From Octopus sinensis (Eukaryota), in assembly GCF_006345805.1 (NCBI RefSeq), contig NC_043003.1, positions 40,734,001 through 40,798,000 on the forward strand: DNA of 64,000 nt, read 5' to 3'. A program made the position numbers and the translations under genes. The notes beneath the pieces were generated by a model. That model saw only the letters and a list, made by a program, of their open reading frames with translations, was not told the origin of the DNA and ran no database searches. This document shows positions 1 to 15,427 of this stretch, one piece after another; within the stretch, counting starts at the first letter, position 1, and the number at the start of each line of letters is the position of its first letter.

Positions 1-390
1 CGGTGGACCTATAGTTCAGTGACTTAGTAACACCTTATAGCTTCATCGGAGACTCAGTACAGAAACAACTGTAAGGTAATGAAGCTAATAAGAATTGTTT
101 ATTCCTTTGTGATCTCTCTTTTTCTTATATACAATATATATACAAGATAACAGATGGAGATATAGACTGATAAACTGATATATAGGTACATTTGCACATA
201 TATACACTGGCAAACCTAATTAATTGGCTTATGAACATGTATGTATATATTGACAAGTGTTTAGATAAGCGTATATCTTTTGTATGTATCGTTTAGGAAA
301 TAAACAGACAAGTTTATTAGTTGGTATTTTTTTTAATTCCACGCGGATCACGTACATAGAATTATCTCCCTTACCCTCGCCTCTCATTTA

Positions 391-430
<40 letters not shown>

Positions 431-1071
431 GACACACAGGCGCGTGCGTAAAGTTTTTACTCTTATATACTTCGTTGTCTGTGCCTGTCTATCTCTGTTT
501 AACATTATATACAGACAGATGTGTATACATGTAAAAACACATTCACAAACACATTTGCGTATTTGTATGTGAACAAGTGTTTATATGTAACTGTCTACAA
601 CTATATTAATTTCCAGTTATAGACTGTGTATAAAACTACAGTGGATACAGCACGTAATTCTGCTGAAAAACCTATCCAACAAGAAATCTAATATAATGTA
701 AGAAAATTTCAGTGAAAGCACGAAGAAATCTACAAGAAGCCAAAAAACGATATGTAGATTTTTTTCTTATAATCCAAAACTGACTTTGTTTTAAACTGTT
801 ATAATAATTTTGATTTAGGCACTTGTATACTTATGTGTCTGTATTTTGTACATGTATAGAAATACATGTGTATGTATGAATGCTTGAATATATATATATA
901 TATATATTTAAACACACATATATATGTATATATGTATATATACATATATATGTTTATCTATATACACGTTTATATATAAGATAAGATAAAAATAGTTGTA
1001 CATAAATCAATCATAATTTCTGTGTATATCAATCTCCTTGTCACTCATTCACTCTCTCTCTTTCTCTCTGT

Positions 1072-1113
<42 letters not shown>

Positions 1114-1375
1114 TTCCCTCTGTGTTCACGCACATACATGTTTGTGTCGGAATACATCTAGAATACATAGTTTAGGATATGACTAGTCAAAAATTTTCAA
1201 GTATATCTCCGTTTCCTCAGTAACTCTTAATATGTTTGTTTCAAATCTTGCATCAGTTTCTTATACTTTCATTTCTTCTTACGTTGTATTATCGTCAGTC
1301 TTTTTACCACCACTAGCCCTTGTTCATTATTTCTACAAACTCAATTTATTATGTCTCCGATATCTATCTATCTGT

Positions 1376-1570
1376 AAGGCGGGGAACTGGCAGGAACGTT
1401 AGCACGTCTGCCTTTACGTTCTGAGTTCAAATTCCACCGAGGTCGACTTTGCCTTTCGTCCTTTCGGGATCGATAAATTAAGCACCAGTTGCGCACTGGG
1501 GGAGGGGTAAAGTCTAATCGACTTTACACCTCCCCCAAAATTTCAGGCCTTGTGCCTAGAGAGAAAAAGA
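1376..1570 (+). mobile_element. tRNA-derived SINE with a Meta/MESC-like central domain (family A, tail type 1)
   Basis: Head aaggcggggaactggcag, B-box-like gagttcaaattcc, central gcctttcgtcctttcgggatcgataaattaagcaccag and tail ccccaaaatttcaggccttgtgcc. Many homologous copies occur in this window. Confidence 0.8.
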
Positions 1571-1580
1571 TATCTATGCT

Positions 1581-1615
<35 letters not shown>

Positions 1616-1638
1616 ATGTATGTATGTATGTATGTATG

Positions 1639-1753
<115 letters not shown>

Positions 1754-2009
1754 CTTGATTAATTGATAGATAGGTATCTCACCACTTCAGTAAAATTATA
1801 AGAGAATGAAGGGGAAAATGAATCAACAACACGGTGTCAGGCGAAAGAAAGTACTCAAGTAAGTGAAATGTATAATAAAAATAATCTAACGTTTCGGGTT
1901 TATTCTTTTATCAAAAACAATATAAAGGAATAAGAATGCAAGATGATAGACTATAATAAAAGATGTTGAATACACGACATTTATGTACATAGTATGATAT
2001 ATAAATATG

Positions 2010-2099
<90 letters not shown>

Positions 2100-2675
2100 A
2101 ATATAACTGTGTGTGTCTGGGTGCGTGTCTGCATGTGGTGTGTGTGTGTGAGGTCTGGGTGCGCGTGTGTTAATAAATGGACGTGTATATGTTCGTGTCG
2201 GAAAGTGTGCTTCTGTATGCGTGTGTTTCCCTTTTATCTCCTGTCAATCAAATTCAACATCCACTCCTATTCTTCCTTTCCAAAACTTCCTCCCATTCGC
2301 ACGCAAATACCCACACTTTTTACTGCTCCTATTTCTTCTCCCTCCCTTTCCCCTCTCTCTCTCTCTCTCCCTAGTAAAGTTTTATCTTTCCACTTATATT
2401 ACTTTTTCAACTGTCACACATTTTCAATCTCTCATGATTCACCTCTCAAGCTGACATAAATATATGCATAAATAAATATAGAAAGAACACACACATATAT
2501 AATATACATGTATTATTTTATTTCTTTTACTTGTTTCAGTCAATTGACTGCTGCCATGCTGGAGCACGACTTAAACTGGGTACTTGTCACGAAGGTGTGT
2601 ATTGTACTGTACTGTAAAAATACAATAAAAGTGAGGCACCAAGCCTCGTAATTTTATTATCAGTTATATGCTTTT

Positions 2676-3825
2676 CTACACGACCAGGTTCCTCGCTACT
2701 TTGAAGCATCTGGACGGTTCCAAGCCGGACCACTTTGCGATGAATCCAAAGGAGTCCACTGGGAAGGAATTCATTATCCTGCACAGGTCGGTTTCCCATA
2801 TGACCTCCGCAGCGACGGGCGAAGGCCACTCAGAGTCCTCCGTGCAGGTCAGAATCCCCTCCCACCGACGTTTCCTTTTAAACTTCTTAACATAGTTTTG
2901 TAATGTATCTCCCTTATGGAAGAGGACCACAAATTCCTCCTCCGGTGGTACTACTCCCACCGAAGGTGCTTCAGGACACGCCCGCAGTTTTTCACAAACC
3001 GACGGCAATGTCCCACTTTTCTTTTTTTACTTCTTTTTCCTTTGAACCAAGGGAAGGTTTTGTTCCTCTGCTTTGTCTAGCAGATCCTCCCTTCCTCCCA
3101 CAAACTTGGGTCCTTCTGTAGGCAACCATTGTTGCCCATCTTTCGTTTCTTTCCTTTTTTCGAGGAGGTTTCCATCTCCTCGACTTCCTCCGCTGAGGGA
3201 GCAGCCAACGGTATATTGATTAACTCCTCCAGGACATTATTTTGGTGCTTCGGGCAGTTCTTTTTGATATGTCCCGGCTCCAGGCACAGGTGAAACTTAG
3301 GGGGGGGGCGTCCCTCAAGCATCACTGGATACCTAGACCTGGCCATTGTTAAAAAATTTGGAAATACCAGATTTTCGGCTGATTGGTCCCATAGGGTCAA
3401 AACAGCCTTTGACCCCTTCCAATCAGCCGCAGGCAACATTTTCACATCGAGTAGCTTAGTACTGCTACCACCCAGACCCCGGCGGATAGTATCCTATATC
3501 CACTCGGGCTCAATTCAGTGTGGAAAACCGGAATCCCAGGCCCTCGTCAACTTTTCCTACAATAAGTGGGAAGGAACAAAATTTCCCTGCCCTCCAGGGG
3601 CTGGCTTGCGAGTTCGCAAGCTTCTTCGGGGGAGTCAAACAGCAACCACACCGTTGGATATCTCCGTGAGATATATTTAATAGCTGGCATATAGTCTGCC
3701 AACTCTTTTTCAATTATGCTTTTCTGGAAGACGGCTATGGTGTCCAGGGACTTGGAGTAATTCCTCAACACTACCGTCTTCCTTTCAAACTCCTCAAGCC
3801 ATTTTTGGGAGGTGTCAAATTCCAT
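2676..3825 (-). pseudogene. Frameshifted gag/ORF1-like protein with a CCHC-type zinc knuckle (non-LTR ORF1-like, possibly L1/Tx1)
   Basis: Consecutive minus-strand ORFs 3547-3825, 3077-3445 and 2676-3008 read as one protein. It contains EGRPPPK(F)HLCLEPGHIKKNC, a Cx2Cx4Hx4C knuckle with the first Cys lost, followed by acidic and basic low-complexity stretches. Confidence 0.65.
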
Positions 3826-4478
3826 TCAACAAATTTGTTCCTTGCCATGGGCAAAAAGTTCCAAACACAGTCCACAAAATTCAAAATAACACAGAAAGAA
3901 AAACCAAAAGAAAGACTTAACAAAAGAGAATAAAAATAAAAATAAACAGTTCAATACAGTTTATTTTTTCAAATAAACGACAGAAGAAGAGAACGAGAGT
4001 TCAAAATACAGCAAAGACAAATATTTTTTCGGACACAGGTATCCTGGCATACACAGCTTTTTTCAATCCTTGTGTAATTCTTTGAAATTATTTTTCCGAA
4101 AAACTTCGACGCAGACAGATATACACACTTCTCGCAAATAATTGATAATTCAATTCTCAAATTAAATTAATTTGGAGGCAGGACACGCCTCCAGACAGCA
4201 GTTCTGAAAATTAAGTGAGAAAAACACATGGCTCCACCGCAGGAAGACCAAAGACTCGAATCCAGTGAGGACTCTTTGCCTGTACAAGAAACGAACCTTA
4301 CAAACAACGAGTTCCCACTGGACGAAGAAAGCAAAATGTCTTACCTTACAGTAGAGCGTCTTTCAAACTCAACTTTCGTCCGCTGCACACCAGCGTGACG
4401 AAGTCAATGGTACAATGAAGAACACTAACGATCGGAACCGGAAGCAAGATGCTTCCCACACAGCCACTCCTGCGCCTA

Positions 4479-4535
<57 letters not shown>

Positions 4536-4796
4536 TGTATATATATATATATATATATGAATTTCATTCACTCGGGATTTCATCACACCAAGTTTCATGG
4601 ACCAAGTTTATTCTTAAGAAAAAATATATATTCAAATAAGTAAAACGTAATATCATGACTAGCGATAGCGAAACCGGTCGATATATTAAAAATTATATTA
4701 AAACAATGTAAGTGAGCATATTTTCCTTTTTTAATTTCTTATATACATTCCAACTCACCAAGTGGGGATAATCGAAATTCCTCTTTTCTGTTACTA

Positions 4797-4966
<170 letters not shown>

Positions 4967-4977
4967 CATACATGTGA

Positions 4978-5314
4978 AGGCGCATGGCTCAGTGGTTAGA
5001 GCGTCGAGCTTACGATTGTGAGGTTGTGAGCTCGAATCCCGGTCCTGGCTGCGCGTTGTGTTCTTGAGCAAAGCACTTTATTTCACGTTGCTCCAGTTCA
5101 CTCAGCTGCAGAAATGAGTTGCGACGTCACAGGTGCCAAGCTGTATCGACCTTTGTCTTTCCCTTGGATAACACTGGTGGCGTGGAGAGGGGAGGCTTCT
5201 ATGCATGGGCGACTGCTGGTCTTCCATAACAACCTTGCCCAGACTTGTGTCTAGGAGGGTAACTTTCTAGGTGCAATCCCATGGTCATTCATGACCGAAG
5301 GGGGTCTTTACTTT

Positions 5315-5319
<5 letters not shown>
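4978..5319 (+). mobile_element. tRNA-derived SINE with a CORE-like segment (family C)
   Basis: A-box tggctcagtggttag, B-box-like gctcgaatccc, CORE-like ttgtgttcttgagcaaagcacttt and a (ttac)n tail. Flanked by (TA)n. Confidence 0.8.
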
Positions 5320-5359
<40 letters not shown>

Positions 5360-5373
5360 TATACATATATATA

Positions 5374-5445
<72 letters not shown>

Positions 5446-5509
5446 ATATATATATATATGTGTATATATGTGTACATATATATATGTGTATGCAGGTAAT
5501 CTTCTATTG

Positions 5510-5645
5510 TTTTATTCTTTTACTTGTTTCCGTCATTTGCCTGCAGCCATACTAGAATAATCCTGTGCAAGGAGCCAAAGAGTGGGATTTAACCCAGAAC
5601 CATGTGGTTGGGAAGCAAGCTTCTTACCACACTGCCACTCCTGCG
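5510..5645 (-). mobile_element. Internally deleted SINE (family B)
   Basis: Tail ttttacttgtttc...gcagccatact joined directly to head accatgtggttgggaagcaagcttcttaccac...gccactcctgcg. Homologous to 30207-30599. Confidence 0.65.
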
Positions 5646-5664
5646 TCCCTCTCTCTCTTTCTCT

Positions 5665-5704
<40 letters not shown>

Positions 5705-6008
5705 ATATTTATATACATATGCAACCTACATTCCATTACATATATACACAATGATGACTCTGAGAAAAATTTTCACTTACTGACATGTGAAGAACTTTCG
5801 TTTACTTATTTTGATTTTTTAAAAAGTATGTGAAATATGCAGATATGTATTTTATCGTCTGATTTTGTTTTAATCATGTGTACTGTCGGTGTTATTGGTC
5901 TTTCTGCGTTGTGTTTGACCTTTAATATGGCAAGCATCCTATTTCACATCTCTGTCTGACTGTCTGATTGTTTGTTTGTCGCTCTATCCCTCTGTCCCTG
6001 TTCATGTG

Positions 6009-6107
<99 letters not shown>

Positions 6108-6226
6108 GTATATCTATCTATCTACTTGCCCACCATTTTTAATCCGCCCTCAGTCTCTCACTGTCGCTCTTTTATTTTTGTCTGTCTGTTTACCTAAGTC
6201 TGGCTATCAGCCTGTCTCATACTCTT

Positions 6227-6259
<33 letters not shown>

Positions 6260-7009
6260 CATTTTCTCCCCATTCTTCCTCTCTCAATCTTTCCATTCTT
6301 TGGCATCTTGCCTCCCACGTGATGACCTTGTTGGTGATCTCTGCCTGCTTTGTTGTTTTGATTATTCGTGTTGTCGAATGATGCTTTGATAGATCAAAGA
6401 ATTCTTGGACAATAAAGAGCGAAATTTGTGGAAGATATCTTTGGATATAAGAGCAGCTAACAACGTCACAGAAGAGGTCAGGAGAAGTGTATATTTGATT
6501 ATGTGACACAGTTTTCATTTAGCTGACATCAAATAGCTACACAAATTTCATTCTTTATTTGCTTAATTATGCAAATTTCCCTAAGCCACAAATATTTCTA
6601 CAATACACTAATGTAAATGTGTAAATATCTTGGCTGTTGGATTTAAGTTGGGAAAATTGCTGAACTAATGACGTGTTTCCAAATCTCCCTTGTTTCTAGA
6701 AAATCAAACGGTCTTTTTTTACTCCATGTTATGTCAATTTCAGAAGCTTCTTGATTCTTCTTTTCTTTCTTATTATTTGGAGATCACAAATAGTACTAAG
6801 TATCTATATAATTCCCAATGCAAGTGAAGATGAGTTTAATAAATGAAGAATTTATCTTATATGTTATGTGATATATTTCTATTCGTATTTTTTCTTTACA
6901 AGCATACCACTGTCGATTGTACCTTATTTCTCCGAGGTTATTTTCTTTTATGTATGTCCAAAGGGACCTGGCAACACTTAACATAGCATTTAGCACAAAT
7001 AAACAGAGA

Positions 7010-7905
<896 letters not shown>

Positions 7906-9231
7906 TGCATAAAAGTATTTATGGCAAATTATTTCAAATATGTAAGATAACATTTTTAAGATGAATATCTCCAAATTGAATGTTTTCTCTTTACGATTAC
8001 CGTCATATCTTTTTCTGTAGGCCCCTGCCTCTCCCTCCCACCTCCTCTGTCTCTGTCTCTGTCTGTCTGTCTGTCTCTCTCTGGAATATATGTATTGTGT
8101 GGTATGTGAATATGACTGTGCTATTATGTTTCAAGAATGCATGCGGTGTGTGTGCGTGTGGTGTGTGTGTGTTTGTTTGTGTGTTTGTGTGTCTATGCGT
8201 GCGTGCATGCGTGCGCGTATGTGTGTATAAACTCGATTAACACTGAATGCTTTGTGTATAAATTTTGTTGTAGCTTTGTCCATTTTGAATGCAATATTGG
8301 GTCCTACTTCATCTTTCCTCTATCCCACCTCTCTCTTCCTCTGTTTTTTTTCTTTCTCTTTCACTTTCCTGTCTGCGTATCTTTCCTTTTTCTTTTTCTA
8401 TCTGCTTGTCTGTCCGTCACTGACTACTGAAACTGAAGGAAGTGACCTGATCAATAATCAACTACAACGGCTCCCACACACTATAATAATCTCCAAGTTT
8501 ACTGAAGTGAAATCAAAAGAGGGTTTACGTTCAGAAAATCAATTTATTATCGATGATAACCTATTTTAAGTAATAAAAATGATGTATAGTATTTGAAATC
8601 TCATTAAAGAATCGTTTTCTTTTTCCTGACGGCATCCAAATACGATAGGTGAACGTGTCGACTGCTAGCATCGTCAATAGTTAGAAATCAAAGGGAAATA
8701 ATTTAATATACGTTGTCGTTGATAATGAGTAACGTTGACAAAGATAAAACGCGTATCCCCCAAATCTTATCTCATATTATTTTCTAACAAAATCGAATAT
8801 TTATCAGTTATAAACTTAAAAGATCGCTGATACAAAAAGTATCGATAAATGTTTGATTTCTTGAATGTAAACAGAAAAGTCATACTTTTTTTTTATTTAC
8901 CACAATTACCTCCGAGATTGCAAAATAAGCGTAATCTTCCAGTAAACACTTTTGTATTTTAAAACAAAATAATTTGTCTTTCATATTTATAGTTTAATGA
9001 TTTCTGAATAGAAAATAAATATTATAGGATTGGAATTTGCGGGTAAAAAGGCTTTATTCAGAATTTATATAAAAACTAATACCCGGCAAGGCGTAGTATA
9101 TTTAACAAGAAAATTCAGAGAACCAAGATCAGAGACAAAAAATAAGATAAGGCAAGATTACCCTATCTAATACAACAGAGATAAATAACAAGATGATAAA
9201 ACACATTTTAACTGAAAGTTTTAGTTCCAAT

Positions 9232-9435
9232 TTTTTGCACAAGACCAACAATTTTGGTGGAGGGTGTAATCCATTACATCCAGCCCAGTACACAACTGGT
9301 ACTTATATTATCAACAAAAAGTATGAAAGATAAAGTCAACCTAGGCGGAATTTGAACTCAAGCCGTAACGGCAGAGGAAATAATGATAAGCATTTCGCCC
9401 AGCGTTCTAACGTTTCTGCCATCTCGACGCCTTGC
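9232..9435 (-). mobile_element. SINE family A
   Basis: Reverse complement of the 1376-1570 type: actggtacttatatt...gaaagataaagtcaacc...ggaatttgaactc. Confidence 0.7.
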
Positions 9436-9718
9436 CCTTATATTAAAATAGAAATTTGTATGTTTAAGTCTTAATTCACACTGCTCGTCGACATTAAGCC
9501 TACTTCTTTGCTTAAATAACAGCATAATTATATAGATAAATCCATCGTTACCCATGTACAAAATTCCAAAAATGTTTCAGCAACTGCCCTAAGATTTTGA
9601 TATTTGCCTCCAATGATTCCATTGTACCAAAAGTCACTAAAAGACTTTATATTTGACAATTCTTGAACCTTTGTCTTACTTAATCTCCATGAAGTTACTT
9701 TCAATATTTGTATGTCTT

Positions 9719-10155
9719 AAGGTGGTGGGCTGGCAGAATCGTTAGCCGGAGAGGCAAAATGCTTAGCAGTATTTCGTCCATCTTTACGTTCTGAGTTCAA
9801 ATTTCGCCGACATCGACTTTGCATTTCATCCCTTTCGGGGTCAAGAAAATAAGTGCCAGTTTAATACCGGGGTCTATGTAATTGATTAGCCCCGCCCCTC
9901 GAACTTGGCCAGCATGGCCATGTGTAAAACTTTGAAACCAATATTTGTGTTTTATTTCAATAGAATGGGTGGGGGGAGCAGTGTGCTGGCAGAATTATTA
10001 GCGGTTTTTATGCATGAAGATCAAATTACACCGAGGTCGGATTAGACTTTTATCTGCTTGGGGTCGATAAAATAAGTGCCAGTTGAGAACTGACGACGAT
10101 GAAATTGATTTTCCCCACTCCAACAAAACCGCTGGCCTTGTACTAATTCTGAATG
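9719..10155 (+). mobile_element. Two tandem SINE family A copies
   Basis: aaggtggtgggctggcagaatcgttagc...gagttcaaatttcg...catccctttcggggtc, with a second degenerate copy from about 9985. Confidence 0.7.
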
Positions 10156-10689
10156 GACTCTAAACAAATTTTCAACTTTTACTTTAAGATTTGAAGGAAG
10201 TTTGATAGTTGCGTTAACCTTCTTTGTTTTCATTTTTCCTCAATACTTTGATCTACATTCTGTCCCAGTTTTGAAATTTTCGAGGAATATAGAAAATTAC
10301 CCCGACATGAGAGTGGTTTATATAATTCAATATTTACTTGACATCCTAAATAAATTCTTAAAATTTAATTATACTAATATCAGTACTCTGTATTCGCTTC
10401 TACATTACATTATATAAGGAAAATAGTTCAGTTAAATAAAACAGCTTATTTATACGTTGTTGCAGTTCCTTATCTGGGGAATTCACCATTAAGAACAATA
10501 TCCAGTCAAAACATTCAATATCCTAAGCTACTCCCATAGGGTAAAAGAAGCTGTTTAACTCTAATTTCATCAGTCGAGAACTCAGTGAGTTTGTTTTAAA
10601 ATATGATGCATAATTTCAGAGCATCCTGTAGTGATCCACTAAATCTTCTGTCCTAAGATGGTATGCATTAGTAATATTTTCCTTATTTC

Positions 10690-11605
10690 AGTCGAAATAA
10701 AGTCAAAATTCGTTCTATCACCCAGACAGTTGGCAATGCATTTCCATCTGGTCACAATGCATTTCCAACGTTTCCTTGATTACTCCCTTCTTTTCTGATT
10801 AAACCTTTTTGTTTCGTTACCATCTCATCTCTTAGTTATATTAGTATCCTCAGAAGTTTTTACTGATCTTTTAACTAGCACTCTATAAAGGTACAGGTCC
10901 ATCAGCTGCCCCTGAGCCTTGTGACAAGTCCTGCTCAGTGGAATTTCCGTTTCCGGTATTCTTAGTTCATAGTGTTGCCCCCGCTCCATTCTCGCATTTC
11001 TTTATTTTGGATCAGTAATATTCCCGACATGGATCATTCCATTGCCTTCTTTGCCGTAGCCTGTAAGTATTCTTCATTCTTCGTAGCACTTCCGTATACG
11101 ATCGAAAATAAGGCGCAGCTATTGAAGAGAATGGTAAACAGGGACTTGTTCCACTGTGATTTAAGTACAACTTTAATACAGGCAAACGCTTTCCTCATCA
11201 CCCTTATTCTATGGGAGATATCAGCATTTATGTCTCACTGCCTGTTTATTGTCTGTCTTAACTAGATGTACTATTTTGCGTTAGTTTCATTGCGTCTCAT
11301 CACTACTCGGTCGTGCGCTCCGTTTTCGAATACTATGTATTTTGTTTTCATTCAGTTTCTTTTAAGACCAACTACTGACTGATGCTTGCCCAGGTCTGCC
11401 AACAGAATCTGCAGCTGATCTGAGGTTTCTATCATGCGCATGTAATGTCTGAAAATTATAGGTATGCTAATAGCGTGTTGTTGCATTTGACGCCAACTTT
11501 CCAATCAATGTCTCCGATGACCATTTCAAGGCACGCAGGATAGAGTTTTAGACGGATAGTATATCCTTGTTTAACTCCCTCCTCGACTGGAACCCTTAAC
11601 AATAT
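10690..11605 (-). pseudogene. Degenerate LINE reverse-transcriptase fragment (RTE-like)
   Basis: The minus strand near 11560-11595 translates VPVEEGVKQGYTI, matching the RT GVxQG motif. The downstream sequence is heavily decayed. Confidence 0.5.
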
Positions 11606-13124
11606 TTGCTATTTCACTTCTCATTCCACATAGTTTTTCAAAAAGAACTAGCGTGATATTATTGAGAGAAGTATATTTTCTCACCAACAATGCATATTCT
11701 ACTGGAACTACAAAAATGTACATTGGCAGTGGAGATATTAGAACTTCGAAACGCTTCTTCGTCTAGCGGAATAAGAAAATGAATGCTGTTTTCATTGTAT
11801 TGAAAATCTTGTGCAGTCTCCATCAGTGCGACGTTGTACAATATTCTTACATAATGGAACAAACTTAGATATAGGTTCAGTGTCCTTCGTCAATACGGTT
11901 TCTACAACTTTCTTTAGGACTTGTAAAATAATATCCTCACCAACTGTATGGGATATTTCTTGTTAAAGGATACATTATAAAGAGGCCTTAATTTCCCCTG
12001 CCAATGACAGCACGAGAACTTGAAATGACAGTAAGGTTGGATGCTTTCCAAACAATTCTTTCAAATGGAAGATCTTTGTTTTCCTTATCTAAGTGTATTC
12101 ACTCAATGTGGTCTTTCATATTCGAAAACATTATTGCAACATCTCTAAATGTCTTTTCAAATAGCGAACGCATAGATCTTGTCTCATTAGCGATCGAAAG
12201 AATAAAGACAAATTTCATTCATGTGAATGTTGAAGAGATTTTTCTTCTTGGCAACGATGTCTGACATGATGTGAAATTAATGAGCTACAATATAAATCCC
12301 AAATCTCTGTAATATGAAAGAACGCAATAACACATAAAACTACTTATTTAAGTTAGAAATATATTAAAATTATGAAAAAAGAAAACTTAAATTATATTAC
12401 AAAATATCACAAATTTAGATAATTTCAATTTATTTAACATCCGAGTCGCCCATTTGCACAATAAAACAAAATAACACAAGCACGCAAACACGCAAGCACA
12501 TACACACTCATACACTAAATTATGCACACACCTGACGCCTATATATCCACAGCTCCCCACCCGTAGAATCTCTTCCTAATGAGATCCCCACCAATCATCG
12601 TCTCTCTAACTGCAGTATCGTACTGCCATAAATAAATCTTAACAGAACTGAATAATTCACCTTCATCCTGATACCGCTTACCCATCTTAGTACCTGGAAC
12701 CACTTCTCTCTTATCTATGTTTCGTTCTCAGAAGCGTCTCTTGCAACACATTATATTCTGAGTTCAAATGCCAGTGAGATTAACTTCGGCTTTGATAATT
12801 TCGGGGTCTACAGATTAGGGTACTAGATAAACAATCTGGTCTATGTAATTGACTTGCTCCTTCTACTCAAAACTACTGATCTTGTGCTAGAATTAAAAAG
12901 ACCTATAAAGATGGTCATCATGCAAAATTGCCCGCGCATCGGAAAAAATGCTCAGCGGCACTTCACCCCGCTCTTTATGATATGGGCAAGAAATTTGCCA
13001 TACACCCTTTTGGAAATAGCGAAAATAAATACCCGTTGAGAACTTGGATTGGTGCAATCAACTTTCGAAAACTGCTGGCCCAGTGACAAATATAGTAAGA
13101 ATTATTATTATTATTATTATTAGT

Positions 13125-13163
<39 letters not shown>

Positions 13164-13167
13164 GTCA

Positions 13168-13220
<53 letters not shown>

Positions 13221-13235
13221 ATTATTATCATTCTG

Positions 13236-13757
13236 TGAGAGTGCAGTGCATGCTATCAAAGTGACACTGGTGTAAAATATACGAAGCCCAGTATACCCAT
13301 CATGACTACCCGTCTGATAAGGGTACACCAGGCACATGCATCACAACCATATGTGTGCGACATGGTGATCTCATATCAAGATAAACAGCGCATAACCTTG
13401 CACGTGGGGTCCCAGTTAGAATTTTCTTCTGGTCAAGTAGCCCATCCCGATCAAATGGTCCCCGAATAAGGGTTGTCTAAGGATGTTGAACGAAACATCC
13501 GTGTTTCCAGAGGTGAATTATTCAAACCCCAAAGAATCTTTCTCAACACAGTGCTTTCCCATTACTTCTGCTTGTGATCAGAGAAGCACATATCGTCAGC
13601 CACCAAGGGACATGCTCAACTGGTTAAGGTCAATCAACTGGCAAGCAAATTTGTGGTATTGAGCAGAATATTTACTGTAGCCCATCTTTTATACCAAGAC
13701 AAAACAATGTGCATGATAACACTTCCAATCAGTTAAGATCAGAAGCCATGAGAGCCT
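13236..13757. mobile_element. Unclassified ~520-bp interspersed element inserted in a (TAA)n array
   Basis: Sharply bounded island of higher GC between two (att)n tracts, with no recognisable ORF. Confidence 0.4.
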
Positions 13758-13788
13758 ATTATTATTATTATCGTTATTATTATTATTA

Positions 13789-13831
<43 letters not shown>

Positions 13832-13838
13832 ATTATTA

Positions 13839-13911
<73 letters not shown>

Positions 13912-13928
13912 CATCATTATTATTATTA

Positions 13929-13993
<65 letters not shown>

Positions 13994-14011
13994 TTAATTT
14001 TTATTATTATT

Positions 14012-14352
14012 TTCGTTTGGTTCAGGTTCGGTCTCATTCCTGGTAGGATTCATGTGGGTAGCGAGCTATTACCTGTAACCTTAGGTATCCACAAGTTTTC
14101 AGCAGTTTTTCAAGTTCTTAGAACCCTGCTGATAATCCCTGATGTCCCTAAGCGACAACCTTTCTTTAGGAGCTCTACCGGGTATTCTATTCCAATCTCC
14201 TTCAGTAATTTGTCTATATTTTTGTTTACTGTTCCCAACGCAACAATTACTATAGGCACGACCTTTACTGATCTCATGCTCCAATTTTTTTCTATTTCAA
14301 ATTTTAAGGGGTTGTATCTTCTTTCTTTTTCGCCCTCTTTCTTTTCGACCCT
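14012..14352 (-). mobile_element. 3' fragment of an R4/Dong-like RLE non-LTR retrotransposon in (TAA)n
   Basis: Translation EKERRYNPLKFEIEKNWSMRSVKVVPIVIVALGTV...GTSGIISRVL matches the RLE C-terminus (KxxKYxxL...W...PxVxGALG). (att)n on both sides. Confidence 0.8.
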
Positions 14353-14390
14353 TATAATTATTATTATTATTATCATTATTATTATTATTG

Positions 14391-14459
<69 letters not shown>

Positions 14460-15427
14460 TATTATTATTATTAGTAGTAGTAGTAGTAGTATTCTGCTCC
14501 TTCCCAACCCATTTCCATTTCTTAACTGTCAATCATTTTCTCCCCACTTACCTCCACAACTCACGTATCATCGGCTACCCCTCAACTCTACATAATTTCT
14601 GGAAATGTCATCTAGTTTTCCCTCTTCATTACTTTTATAAACGCTCATCTCTTGTCGCCTGTTCTTCAGAATATTCACCATCTCAAACATGCTTCATCTC
14701 TAACCATTTCTCGCTCGTCCCTACACTCTTGTAGACTAGCCATCCACACTTCCTGCTCTGATCCCACTCACTCTTTTAATAAACCGATTTTATACAGTCC
14801 TCTTGATACAGTTTTATAAACCGATTTTATACAATCCTCTTGATACAGTTTCACTGCTACTTACATCTCTTTCTAATTTCTCTCCCAACACTCCTACTCT
14901 CTCTTTTATACAGTGAATGGCTTTTGTGGTTCTCCTACGGCAATTAACCGATTCAGTTTTGGCCCCTTCTCTCTTATGTTAACACTCCCATTCCCAAACA
15001 TCAGGTTAAACACTCTTCTATTGTAGCTGTAAACAATCAAAGTGAGCCTTAGTCTTACTGAGCGCATGGCAACATCATCACTGCTGGTGGTGCAAATAAA
15101 GGAATTAGCATACGCCCGTAGAGTCGGTAGCGTGAGCAAGAGCACGAGCCGCATGACAAAACATTTTGGAGCACGACTCACACTTCCAAATCATTGTACA
15201 CTGAAAAACTGCCCAATTCAGGCCAGCACTGAATGTGTGCGTTAAATGATTATGTATGTATGTACGTATGTATGTATGTATGTATGTATGTATGTATGTA
15301 TGTATGTATGTATGTATGTATGTATGTATGTATGTATGTATGTATTTCTGTATGTATGTATGTATGTATGCATGCATATATGTAAGTATCTGTGGACACA
15401 TATACATACATATATATGTATATAGAT

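Noticed and set aside
4430-4445. ETS motif accggaag upstream of the gag-like element
   Set aside because: Explained by a small deletion in the adjacent SINE head (ggaacc[atgtggttg]ggaagcaag).
4978-5050. tRNA-like sequences here and at 40340-40410
   Set aside because: They continue into SINE bodies and lack a complete acceptor stem, so they are SINE heads rather than tRNA genes.
13709-14734. 341-aa ORF, the longest in the track
   Set aside because: Poly-Ile from (ATT)n plus the antisense strand of a LINE fragment; not a gene.
14780-14851. 37-bp tandem duplication (also a 16-bp unit repeated three times at about 35305-35352)
   Set aside because: Ordinary slippage-type local duplications with no further structure.
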